A DNA stretch of 64,000 bases, from positions 8,443-72,442 of IMG/VR virus record IMGVR_UViG_3300048583_000198. One strand, given 5' to 3'. The position numbers were made by a program, and so were the translations under genes. Of this stretch, positions 29,264 to 38,625 are shown piece after piece; the stretch's first letter is position 1; each line of letters begins with the position of its first letter. This DNA comes from a virus. Below the pieces are notes generated by a model. That model searched no databases. It saw nothing but the letters and a program-made list of their open reading frames with translations, and was not told the origin of the DNA.

Positions 29264-30352
29264 TCAGATTTTCAGAGTTTTCCGAATGTGAGCCATCGCA
29301 GCATCGTCGTTCAATTCGTCGAGGTTGACCTGAGGCTTGGCACCGGGAGCAGAAGCTCTTGTCGGTGCGGCTGCGGCTGCCTGTTTCGAATTGGCGGGAG
29401 GCGTTGGCTGCACTGTCTTTTGGGCAACAGGAGTTGGTGTGGGAGTCGGAGTCGTACCGCCGAACGCCCCAGCCTGCATCATCTGCTGACCTACGCGGGT
29501 GTACGACTGAAGGAAGGTTTCGCCAGCGGGCAACTGTCCGAGGACTCGTGCACGATTCAGCTCAGCCACAATCAGGTCGTAACGACCCATTTCCTTCTGC
29601 TCGGTCAGGAGCTGCAAAACTGCCGGAGTTCGGTAGATCTCCGCTTTTGTGCCCTGGTCCCAAGCTTGGGCGTCAGAGAGCACTTTCCTTCCTGCGTCGG
29701 AGGCCGCTAGATCGGCCACAGTGGACTGGAAGACAACCTGCTCGTCTGTTACCCGATGATCCGAAGGGGCGTAGGTGCTTGCCTCGGCTGAATCCAACGA
29801 TAGCGGATCCACCTTGATTGAGTCAAGCAGCTTCTTGATAGCACCCGTTTTACCGGCTTGAACGTCGATGAGTAGCGATAGCTTCTCTTCATCGAGCAGG
29901 CCATTGTTCCGGAGCATTTCGACGTACTTCAGCTCCTTGTGCACCCGATTCATCTTCGAGTGGAAGCCGACACCCTTCTGGATGAGGCTGATGGCTTCAT
30001 CCGGCGTGTTGAGGGTGATGTCCTGGCCAGCAGCACGAATGGGCTTGCCGAACAGCTGATCGTAAATGGCCTTGTAGTCAGGCTCTTCTTTCGGCGGCGT
30101 AGCGGCGGCGTCACCGCTATTGTCCGAAGGAGCTGGCGTATTGTCTGTCGGCGCAGGCGTCGCAGCAGCATCCGCAGGTGGAGTTTCCACCGGGGGAGTT
30201 GCAGGCGGAGTCTCGACAACTGGCGGTGTTTCCACCGGAGGCGTCGGAGTCGGCGTCACAGCAGGGGTCTCGCTGGCCTTGAGGTTGGCTTCGAGCTGCT
30301 TCTCGATTGCCGGGGCTTGAGCAAGAAATTCTTCGTCAGAAAGAATCGTCAT
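29264..30352 (-). CDS. gp57-like protein (scaffold / tape-measure-annotated)
   Basis: Pro/Thr-rich N-terminus, PIRAAG, MLRNNGLLDE, AIKKL; synteny. Confidence 0.75.
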   Translation of the reverse strand: MTILSDEEFLAQAPAIEKQLEANLKASETPAVTPTPTPPVETPPVVETPPATPPVETPPADAAATPAPTDNTPAPSDNSGDAAATPPKEEPDYKAIYDQLFGKPIRAAGQDITLNTPDEAISLIQKGVGFHSKMNRVHKELKYVEMLRNNGLLDEEKLSLLIDVQAGKTGAIKKLLDSIKVDPLSLDSAEASTYAPSDHRVTDEQVVFQSTVADLAASDAGRKVLSDAQAWDQGTKAEIYRTPAVLQLLTEQKEMGRYDLIVAELNRARVLGQLPAGETFLQSYTRVGQQMMQAGAFGGTTPTPTPTPVAQKTVQPTPPANSKQAAAAAPTRASAPGAKPQVNLDELNDDAAMAHIRKTLKI

Positions 30353-30639
30353 TGATTTCCGTCCTGTATCAGCTGCTGAAAGTTTTTGAGGTCGATATGG
30401 GCCTGTTCGGCTTCCGCCAGGATCTTGGTCAGATACTTCCGGAATACCTGCACACCCTTCAGGAACGTAACAGTACCACTTTCATCGCTGTTAATGTTAA
30501 TGGACTGCAGGAGTACTTCGTCCCGAAGGAAGCCGTGAGCCACCACCGCCTGGAAGTCGGGGTTGCTGTTTAGGAGGGTATTAAGGGAAGCGCCCAGCCG
30601 AATACGGCGGTAGCACTCCGCGATTTCTTGGTCATACAT
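30349..30639 (-). CDS. gp58-like hypothetical protein
   Basis: NPDFQAVV..GFL; lies between portal and gp57. Confidence 0.7.
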   Translation of the reverse strand: MYDQEIAECYRRIRLGASLNTLLNSNPDFQAVVAHGFLRDEVLLQSININSDESGTVTFLKGVQVFRKYLTKILAEAEQAHIDLKNFQQLIQDGNQ

Positions 30640-30642
30640 GCG

Positions 30643-32778
30643 TTATGCGCCCTTGGTGAGTTGCGTGTACCCGATGGCCTCATCCACTCGACCCAGATCG
30701 AGCAGGCCCTTGGTGATAGTGAGATCCTGGTTGGATTCACCTTGCGCTTCCATCTTGGCCATCTCACGGACATGCGATGTGCCAGTGCCCTGTTCGACGG
30801 TATCAAGACTCTGCTGATCGGTCTTCGCATTGAGCAGACGAGTCTGAGCTTCGTAGTAGGCTTTCTTGGCCACCTCGGTCTCGATCTCAGCCTGCAACTT
30901 TGCAACCTTGGCATTCGCTTCAGCGACTGCAAGAGGATCCGGCTGCGGCTCGTAATTGGCGATGTCATGAGCCAACTCAGGCATTTTTCGGAGCCGAGCC
31001 ACCTCAGCCATCATCTTCTTCGTGATGTTGAAGTCGACCTTCGGACCCACGGTCTGGAGCATGAATGCCAGTTCCTGGGCCTTGAGGTTGTCCTCTTCCG
31101 CAGACGACACGTTCACAGTGATGTCGAACTTGCCATCAATACCATCACGAGTGATCGCAACGAACTGGTCGTTGGTGACGCGAACGATCTCTTCATCAGA
31201 GAGGAAGTCCTTCGACATCGAAAGGAACTTCATGCCGATCTTTGCCACGCCACTGGCGTAACGACGAAGCACAGACATTTCACGCTTGGCAGAAGCAGCT
31301 AAAGCGCCCTTCACGCCAGCTGCGACATCGCCCAACGAGCCAGCCGTCATGCCATTGCCCCAGCTCTGCTGACCGGTATAGCTCTCGGCATCGGAGTACT
31401 GCTGCATCATCAAAGCCATCGCACTCTGAGGAATCTCAGGGTACTTGTGCATGATGATGAGCTGTTCCGGGTTGCCCATTGTTGGGTTGTATTCATAGTC
31501 CTCGCCGTTGTCGAACTTCGTACGGTTCGGTACGTCCAGGAACATCTTCGGCATACCCTGCTGACCGTTGGCACTGCGGCCCAACAGATCAATCATGCCT
31601 CGAGTGAGGGCACCAACAGTTTTCTGCTGTTCGATGAGCAGTTCACCATCCGGTTCGCCGTACCACTTCTTCGGGATGGGGTTCACCGGAATGATGACGA
31701 ACGGAAACTCTTCGTCGCTGAATGGGCTGTTATCCAGCTGAATCAGGATGCCGTTGGCCCAAGTCGCCACAATTGGCTTGAGTTGGCCATTGCCCTGGAT
31801 GTCCCACAGCGCATACATCTTGTACGCCACGAAACGCTTGCGCTCTTCATCGCTGAACTGGAAAGAGTTCGGCGTGTTGGAATTGTGCTGAGCTTCGCCA
31901 GACGCAGCTGAAGCATTCGTGCTGACAGTGATGTGGTCGATGTTCTTGTAGCGACCATCCGCACGCAGCTCACCCTTACTTGTTTCGAACGAGTAGGCAA
32001 TGAAGCGAGCATCACTCAACTTGCCGTTGCAGCTGGGATCCACGAACAGATTCATCAAATCAATGATCTGAACCGTTGGATGATTCTTGATAATCTTTTC
32101 GGAAAGAACCATCTGCACATCAGTGACGATGCCGATCACTGGAACGCCATTTGCCTGGGAATAAGCCACAGCCTCTTTGCGCTCAACTGGAAGCTTGTTG
32201 AACAGCAGCGGGTTGGCTATCAGCTGTGCATCAGCTTCAAGCTGTTGCAACAGGTCAGGACGATCTGGAGTGATAGGAAAGAACTGGATGGTTGGGACTT
32301 CGGTCGGAACCATCTCGGTAATGCGCTTCCAACCCACCTCGGCAACGACGGTGCCCTGGTTGTCACCAACACGCACCATCTCGTCGATGAATGCCACCTT
32401 GTCGACGTAACGCTCGAACTGGTGGTTGAGCAACAGCTCACTCTGCACTGCACCTTGCTTGTCTTCCCACGTACGAGGGGCCACATCAAACAGCTTGCTC
32501 GTGCTCAGGAATGGTTCCGACATGGACGGATGCCGCCATTCGGCGTGCTTCTTGATTAGCTTTGGCTGAACCTGCGAACGACCCTTCCTCTTGGGAGCAG
32601 CACCTTCGCCGGTTGCTTGGAGGTAATCCATCCACTTGCGCAGAAGGATGACGTACTCCTGCTGGGAAGGACGAGAGGCGTCCAGATCACCCTGGAGATT
32701 GCCAACACCTGGAGGGTTTGCCCAACCCGTTTCTTTGGCCAAATCGACGTAGATTGGCAAGCTGTCAGGGGTATCCAT
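30643..32778 (-). CDS. portal protein (N4 gp59-like)
   Basis: GRS.VQPKLI.K.AEWR, DPSC.G, RGMIDLLGRSANGQ, LAFMLQT.GP. Confidence 0.93.
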   Translation of the reverse strand: MDTPDSLPIYVDLAKETGWANPPGVGNLQGDLDASRPSQQEYVILLRKWMDYLQATGEGAAPKRKGRSQVQPKLIKKHAEWRHPSMSEPFLSTSKLFDVAPRTWEDKQGAVQSELLLNHQFERYVDKVAFIDEMVRVGDNQGTVVAEVGWKRITEMVPTEVPTIQFFPITPDRPDLLQQLEADAQLIANPLLFNKLPVERKEAVAYSQANGVPVIGIVTDVQMVLSEKIIKNHPTVQIIDLMNLFVDPSCNGKLSDARFIAYSFETSKGELRADGRYKNIDHITVSTNASAASGEAQHNSNTPNSFQFSDEERKRFVAYKMYALWDIQGNGQLKPIVATWANGILIQLDNSPFSDEEFPFVIIPVNPIPKKWYGEPDGELLIEQQKTVGALTRGMIDLLGRSANGQQGMPKMFLDVPNRTKFDNGEDYEYNPTMGNPEQLIIMHKYPEIPQSAMALMMQQYSDAESYTGQQSWGNGMTAGSLGDVAAGVKGALAASAKREMSVLRRYASGVAKIGMKFLSMSKDFLSDEEIVRVTNDQFVAITRDGIDGKFDITVNVSSAEEDNLKAQELAFMLQTVGPKVDFNITKKMMAEVARLRKMPELAHDIANYEPQPDPLAVAEANAKVAKLQAEIETEVAKKAYYEAQTRLLNAKTDQQSLDTVEQGTGTSHVREMAKMEAQGESNQDLTITKGLLDLGRVDEAIGYTQLTKGA

Positions 32779-32786
32779 GAACTACC

Positions 32787-34328
32787 TCAAACGATGTAAC
32801 TGGACAGCCCTGAGGGCTGCGTCGGCTGCAAAGTGTCCCACATTGTCGGGATGTGTGGCGGACTTTCCTCAACCGCCATGATACCCGGCTTTTGGGGGAC
32901 AATGTGAATCAACCGACTTGTGGCGTCAATACAGTCGTCATGTTTAGACTTCAAACCTTGCGGCGACGCCAAATGGAACTCATGCATCAGCTCCTTCAGT
33001 TCCTTAATTTCCTTGAACTCGAGCGGGAAAATGATCTCCCCGCCCTTGAGCTGGGGCAGAACGTTCATGAAGTAGGCCAGCTTGTTGGCGGTCGGACGGG
33101 TCTCGATGATGTTGAACCAATACTGGTGTTCAACCATCTTCTCTCGGATCCAGGAAACAAAGCCATACTGCTGACCAGCCACCTCGATGGTCACGCCCAG
33201 AGGGCGGTACTTCAGGGCCAACCGGAACAGTTCTTTGATGTTCAAGTCCATGGTCTGGCGAACCACCATACCTTCGACCCAACGCCACTTTCCGTCGTTA
33301 CCATAGGCCCAAACAAAAATCACTGAGAAGTCATTCTTCAGTGACGCCTTTGTAGCGAAGTCGGTCGTGATGTAGTACGTGTACTTCTGCGGAAGCGGAT
33401 GCGGTTCAGCATTGCCCCAAGTGATGTCGACAGGACGCACCAACTGGTTTTCTTCGTTGGTGATCCGCAGCATCATTTCCTGGTTAAAGCCATTGGGACT
33501 GGTCTTCGATTGATCCATGCAGTAGTCGTAGGTAAAGCGGTCGGGCCACGCACCACGAAATTCTTCTCGAGAGCAAGGCCACTCTTCGCACACTGGCCAT
33601 ACGTTCACGTCCCAGTGACCGGATTCAACCGCTTCAATCAACGGATCATTCTTGTTGAATGGCGTTCCGTTCCAGATGATTTTGTGTCGGCTCGGATGCA
33701 GAGCGTACGGAATTTCTTTCGTGATCAAGTTGCGAATGTCGCTCATGATCGTCGGAGATGCTGCGTCTTTGTCGTCCTTGATAAGGTCGTCCAGGATCGC
33801 AATCACCGGTCGGCTTGTACCGTCACGACTACCGCGAACCGAAGACTGAGCACCGTACATCTGGATGTGGAAACGATGCCCTTCTCGGTTGATCAGCGTG
33901 ATGTGGTCATCACGAAACTCAGCATCAGGGATCCAATACTGCAGAAACTTGCTGTTGTTGTACTTCAATTCTACGTTTTTGCGTAGCTGAGCCACGCCTT
34001 TGTCCATAGAGTTACCAACAAAGATGGCTGCAGGAACATCTCCAAAATCAGGGATTCGACCGAAAACACCCAGGTAAAGTACCAGATATTCCGAGAAAAG
34101 CGTCGTTTTTGCGCTACCGCGGAAGCACAGATTCACCGTACGTCGACTTGGTGTAGGCACCTTGTCGAGCATCATCAGGTGAATCACTGGAGTTTCGTTC
34201 TCTTCTGGAAACTCTGCTGAGACCAGCTTGATGAAGTTCACAAACTCAAGAGAAAAAGCACTCGGAGCGTACTGGTACAGGACGCTGTAGTTCACTTCAT
34301 TGAGAAGATCTTCGATGCTCTTCAACAT
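32787..34328 (-). CDS. terL: terminase large subunit (N4 gp68-like)
   Basis: FRGSAKTT Walker A, ILDDL Walker B, GTPF, TDFA, HDDCID; TAATG overlap gives start 34328. Confidence 0.93.
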   Translation of the reverse strand: MLKSIEDLLNEVNYSVLYQYAPSAFSLEFVNFIKLVSAEFPEENETPVIHLMMLDKVPTPSRRTVNLCFRGSAKTTLFSEYLVLYLGVFGRIPDFGDVPAAIFVGNSMDKGVAQLRKNVELKYNNSKFLQYWIPDAEFRDDHITLINREGHRFHIQMYGAQSSVRGSRDGTSRPVIAILDDLIKDDKDAASPTIMSDIRNLITKEIPYALHPSRHKIIWNGTPFNKNDPLIEAVESGHWDVNVWPVCEEWPCSREEFRGAWPDRFTYDYCMDQSKTSPNGFNQEMMLRITNEENQLVRPVDITWGNAEPHPLPQKYTYYITTDFATKASLKNDFSVIFVWAYGNDGKWRWVEGMVVRQTMDLNIKELFRLALKYRPLGVTIEVAGQQYGFVSWIREKMVEHQYWFNIIETRPTANKLAYFMNVLPQLKGGEIIFPLEFKEIKELKELMHEFHLASPQGLKSKHDDCIDATSRLIHIVPQKPGIMAVEESPPHIPTMWDTLQPTQPSGLSSYIV

Positions 34329-34819
34329 TAGCCGATCACTCGCCAACGGCTCGAAGTCGTGTCATACCAAATGTCGACTGCTTGATTTGGCGTAAGTGTG
34401 AAGTCTGCGGAGCCTGGGCAAAGAAAACGATTGGCTGCCGTACTTGTAACGTCGTGTTTTAGTACGCAGTTAAATCCACCCACGTTGAGTAGCGTGAGTC
34501 GTGTGCGAGAAGGTTGAGCAGTGATGCCCGTAAGATCTCGAGCTGCATCCGTGCTAAGACGAATCTCAGCAGCTGTTGCCAGATTGGTGGGATTCCAATC
34601 ATTTTGATTGGCAATGAGCTGGGATGGAGAAATTACCGCTACACGATTGCCATTTTGTGCAACACCGAGCGGACCTAGTTCAGCTCCAGTGTCGTCAATG
34701 ACAAACAAACCTGCTGCAGTAAAATAGATTTTCCAATCGCCTGTAGTCGGCGTACTGGGAGGAACACCAACTTCATCAAATTTGATTACCGGGATGTTTG
34801 CATTTTCAAGGGAAGCCAT
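34328..34819 (-). CDS. tail-associated hypothetical protein
   Basis: Beta-rich, ends WYD..SSRWRVIG like fibre-tip domains. Confidence 0.6.
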   Translation of the reverse strand: MASLENANIPVIKFDEVGVPPSTPTTGDWKIYFTAAGLFVIDDTGAELGPLGVAQNGNRVAVISPSQLIANQNDWNPTNLATAAEIRLSTDAARDLTGITAQPSRTRLTLLNVGGFNCVLKHDVTSTAANRFLCPGSADFTLTPNQAVDIWYDTTSSRWRVIG

Positions 34820-34822
34820 GAT

Positions 34823-35581
34823 CTATGCCTCTACGAGTACGTTGCCATTTTCATCTACCAGCGGATCTCCACCGGAGGTCAGGATATCGTCGAAGCTGAT
34901 GCTGACGGCTCCAGCCGCTTCAAGAATATCAAGTCTAGCATCAAGGGCATTGTCGGCGGCAATACGGGTTGCCGTTTCAGACGCCACTGCCCCCTCAACC
35001 GCAGTAAAGTCGGCAGACCATGTAGCAAACTCGCCGCTCAAAGCGGTGAAGCTCGCTTCCAGGGTTGTGAAGTCTAGGGCCAAAGCCGCCTGAGCTGCAT
35101 CGACTGCTGCGATCTGTGCAGTGTATGCCGTAACAGTGGCCTCGAGATCTGCGAAATCAGCGTTAATTGGGGCTATTGCCGCAGCGATAGCAGCGATTCG
35201 GTTAGCCGTTTCAACCGCAATCGCAGCGTCTCGAGCAATCGGTTCAGCAGCAATGAGTGCACTCAATTCGACATCAAGTGCAGCCAGATCGTTGCTGATC
35301 TGGAGATCGGCAGCCACTCGAAGAGGGGGTTCAGCTGAAATCGACGCACCCTGGGCCGTAACAATGGCCTCAAGCACAGCCAACTGAACCGTCAGCGGCC
35401 CAGTCGTACCACCAATTTCTGCTACCGTTTCATCAATGATGTCCTGAAGCCCAGCGACCTGAACGATCAACTCCTGGAGTCGAGCTTCATTGACGCCGAA
35501 ATACTTGAACTCAACGACGTTGCGATCTTCGTCGGGAGTTACGGTGATGTTGGTCTGTTCGATTTCAACTTGGTCGGCCAT
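34823..35581 (-). CDS. coiled-coil Ala-rich virion protein
   Basis: Repeated E...R.AAD..L heptads. Confidence 0.65.
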   Translation of the reverse strand: MADQVEIEQTNITVTPDEDRNVVEFKYFGVNEARLQELIVQVAGLQDIIDETVAEIGGTTGPLTVQLAVLEAIVTAQGASISAEPPLRVAADLQISNDLAALDVELSALIAAEPIARDAAIAVETANRIAAIAAAIAPINADFADLEATVTAYTAQIAAVDAAQAALALDFTTLEASFTALSGEFATWSADFTAVEGAVASETATRIAADNALDARLDILEAAGAVSISFDDILTSGGDPLVDENGNVLVEA

Positions 35582-35583
35582 GA

Positions 35584-36021
35584 TTACACGAGGCTCGTCG
35601 AGATGAGTCCGCTACCCTGAGCAAACCTCTCAACCACCACGCCCTCCGCATCGAGGAACTCAACGACGAAGGCAAACGGCACATCCATTTCCATGTGATT
35701 CGGGCTCTTCGGAAGAACGATGCCTTCCCAGTCAGAGGCGTGAACCACAAAGGTGAGCTTGTCGCTGTTGGAAGCGTCGTCGGTAACAGTAAAGTTACCA
35801 TTCTCTTTGGTGAGCACCATCAGATCGAGCGTGTCCGAAGGACGCAGCTTGATACGCCAGCGCATGCCGACTACCGTCGAGAAATTGCGATAGCTGTCAT
35901 CCTCGAACTTGATTCGAAGACCAAACGAGTAGGGTGCCCCCTCAAACAGCTTGGGCATCCGGACGATGTTGCTGCCGAAGACGTTCGGCGTACCATCAAA
36001 TCGCATGTTCAGCGGGACCAT
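35584..36021 (-). CDS. tail / baseplate-like hypothetical protein
   Basis: Beta-sandwich-like sequence, late operon position. Confidence 0.6.
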   Translation of the reverse strand: MVPLNMRFDGTPNVFGSNIVRMPKLFEGAPYSFGLRIKFEDDSYRNFSTVVGMRWRIKLRPSDTLDLMVLTKENGNFTVTDDASNSDKLTFVVHASDWEGIVLPKSPNHMEMDVPFAFVVEFLDAEGVVVERFAQGSGLISTSLV

Positions 36022-36623
36022 TATGCAAACCCTCGATCAGTGAGCTTTCCATTCACCGGAGCGGTGAACTCGTTTGTCGTGTTGGTGTTCATGAACATCT
36101 GCTCGCAGTAGTTCGCCTGGCCCAGGAAATCGGCTGCCTTTACCAGCGCACTTTCAGACTTCTGCGAAGCGAAGTAGCGATGGCAGACATATGCCTTGAG
36201 CCAAGGAACCAGCATCTCAGGCAGATCCAGCGGCGTGAGTGCATCGTCCTGGTCGAGCGTGTATTTGACATGCTTGACCTTATAGACCACTTCCAACGTC
36301 TGCATCTGCGGATATGGGAAGTAGATCGACTGACCCAGCACCTGATACTCGCTCTGCGGCAGCTCCTTACCATAGACGTTGATCAGCTCGATGACGGCCA
36401 GCAGATCAGTCGCTTCCAGGAGGTACTCGTGCGTGCCTTCAACAACATCCAGCATCTCGCTCGAGTACTTGCACTTCCACTTGGCGTACGCATACGTCAT
36501 CGCAGAATTGATCAACGGGAACAGCTTGGATCGACTTTCGATCACAGCGTTCGGTCGATTGGCCGGGAACATGTCCGACAGTTCGTCGTGATACAGCTCC
36601 TGGAGAAATTCTTCGATGGTCAT
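36021..36623 (-). CDS. head-tail adaptor (N4 gp67-like)
   Basis: L...ELS, IN.A, LDLP..L...L.AYV; start ATG 36623. Confidence 0.65.
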   Translation of the reverse strand: MTIEEFLQELYHDELSDMFPANRPNAVIESRSKLFPLINSAMTYAYAKWKCKYSSEMLDVVEGTHEYLLEATDLLAVIELINVYGKELPQSEYQVLGQSIYFPYPQMQTLEVVYKVKHVKYTLDQDDALTPLDLPEMLVPWLKAYVCHRYFASQKSESALVKAADFLGQANYCEQMFMNTNTTNEFTAPVNGKLTDRGFA

Positions 36624-36658
36624 TAGCGTGGCCTCAGCTCGGTGAAAGCATCCTACCG

Positions 36659-37219
36659 TCAATCGGGGTTCAAGACTACTGTTGTGCGTACACTGCCGGT
36701 CATTGTTCCAGTGATGCGGTCAGTCAGGCCATCAAGGCTCTTGAACTTAACGACACTTCCCACAATTTCCGTTCGACCCATAGCCTCAGCCACCAGAAGC
36801 CGAAGAGCGTCCTGATAGGTCAAATCACCTTCCATGATGTCACTCCAAGCTCCACTACCACCTGTTGTAGAGATGCCCTGAGCCTGTACTGGAACCGTAT
36901 AGTTCACATTCACCTGGAATGTGCCCAGAGTAGCCACGACTGGAATACCACCACCGTCTACGAACAGGTTGCCTGTGATAGTCAGGTTGTGGCTGCTCTC
37001 CATTGGACGAACTCGCCACCCATTAGACAGGAAGTAGTAGGGAGGAATGAGCAGACCACTGCCAAGGTCGTCACCACCGGTTGATCGAAACGCAGGCAAA
37101 TACTTCGCATTGTCTGAAAGCACAATCCAATCACACCACCGGCTGTAAAGCTCGGTGGCGGTGACTGAAGTGCTATCCAGGATGATGCGTTTGGCTGCTG
37201 GATCAAAGGTGATAGCCAT
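36659..37219 (-). CDS. virion structural protein
   Basis: ELYSRWCDW...FRSTGGD...YYFL.NGWRVRP. Confidence 0.65.
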   Translation of the reverse strand: MAITFDPAAKRIILDSTSVTATELYSRWCDWIVLSDNAKYLPAFRSTGGDDLGSGLLIPPYYFLSNGWRVRPMESSHNLTITGNLFVDGGGIPVVATLGTFQVNVNYTVPVQAQGISTTGGSGAWSDIMEGDLTYQDALRLLVAEAMGRTEIVGSVVKFKSLDGLTDRITGTMTGSVRTTVVLNPD

Positions 37220-37228
37220 GACGCTGCC

Positions 37229-38611
37229 TTATGCGTAAACGCGGTCTTGTTCTGCCACCAGAGACAAGGAGATGCCCTTCGAACGATTCAGCGTTCCTGT
37301 GGCTACCGCGAACTTGCCAAAGCCAGGTCGGATGCCAATCAACGTCACAGGACGATCCGTACCCCCTGCGTACCCACCCTGAGTGTTTCCATCGTAATCG
37401 TAGTCGAAAGCGATGGAGCCACTCGAGATGGTGCCGGTAATGGGCGTACCAGACGCATCGTTCACCGTGATTGCACCCGCCTCACCGTAATCATTACCAG
37501 CGCCCGGAGGCGAGGTGAAGAACAAACGGTAGCTCGAGCCAGCACCCACAAGCACTGAGTTGAAGCTCATGGTACCCGCTGCCGTGTACAAGTTAGTCCG
37601 CAGCGTGTTGGTGTCATCGTAGAACTCAACACGGTTGGAGTCGGCTGAAAGCACGTCATCAATGTAGACCGATTGTGAGGTAACAAGGGTGTCGCCCACA
37701 AAACGCAGGAGTTCGTCCTGAATCTTGCCGGTCTTCGTGCCAGCCGTACCGCCCGTATTGATGTCGCTATTCTGCCGCAGAAGATACTGGATCTTCGCGT
37801 AGATCTGCTCGAGCGTACCGCCGTTGCCTTCAATGATGATCTTGAAGTCACGAGCCACACCGGCAACCGTACGAGATTGAGCCACTGTGTAGTAGGCCAC
37901 AGTGATGTCGTTGTACGGTGCATTGGCCATCTCAGCATCTGCTGTTGCCTGCACTGCACCAAGGAGTGTCGTGATCTTCAAGTCGTCTTCGTTTGAAACA
38001 AGAAAGTTGACCTTGTTTGCGCCGGTACCCGTTGCACCAGTATCCGCCAGCACCGAGGACTTGAACTTCTTGCCGTACTCACGCACGAAAGCTCGAGCGT
38101 AAGTGCGCTTGTCGAAGTTGCCGTTCGCTGCGTTACCAAACACCTGGACGCCAACGTTGAACTGGTCAGTGAACGGGAAGTTGGTTGGAGCGTCTGTTGC
38201 AGCGATGTGGTAGTACGGCTGCACGGTCGTTGCGGGGGTAATCGAGCCCAGGCCCACGAAGCCAGCATACTGCCTCAGCAGGACACCTGAAGCGTCGTAT
38301 TCAGACCAGCCACCGTCACGCAGAGCGTTACGAGTGTTCGTGTCAGCCCACGTCCAGCCCGAGAATGTTGCACCATCCGTGCCGATCTGGAACTGACCCG
38401 AGAGCGCGTCAATCGCGTACATCGGAAACGGACTGTCCTGATATGTCGAGGTAGCCCACAAATCCACCAGCTTCGAGTAGAGCGCCTGCAGCGTCACACC
38501 GTCTTTGAAGACGAGGTTGCCAGCCTCAACAAGCTGGATGGTACGAGCTGGTTCGTTGATCACGAGTTCCGTGCCCACGTTCAGCTGTGCTTTGCTGGTA
38601 ATCTTTGCCAT
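37229..38611 (-). CDS. virion structural protein
   Basis: ALYSKLVDLW, related to the N-terminus of 36659-37219. Confidence 0.7.
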   Translation of the reverse strand: MAKITSKAQLNVGTELVINEPARTIQLVEAGNLVFKDGVTLQALYSKLVDLWATSTYQDSPFPMYAIDALSGQFQIGTDGATFSGWTWADTNTRNALRDGGWSEYDASGVLLRQYAGFVGLGSITPATTVQPYYHIAATDAPTNFPFTDQFNVGVQVFGNAANGNFDKRTYARAFVREYGKKFKSSVLADTGATGTGANKVNFLVSNEDDLKITTLLGAVQATADAEMANAPYNDITVAYYTVAQSRTVAGVARDFKIIIEGNGGTLEQIYAKIQYLLRQNSDINTGGTAGTKTGKIQDELLRFVGDTLVTSQSVYIDDVLSADSNRVEFYDDTNTLRTNLYTAAGTMSFNSVLVGAGSSYRLFFTSPPGAGNDYGEAGAITVNDASGTPITGTISSGSIAFDYDYDGNTQGGYAGGTDRPVTLIGIRPGFGKFAVATGTLNRSKGISLSLVAEQDRVYA

Positions 38612-38625
38612 GATCGTGAGCCTCT

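Noticed and set aside
27933-29291. 452-aa plus-strand ORF, and similar long antisense ORFs at 21917-23392 and 3881-5017
   Set aside because: Mirror frames of strongly codon-biased real genes, with no recognisable motifs.
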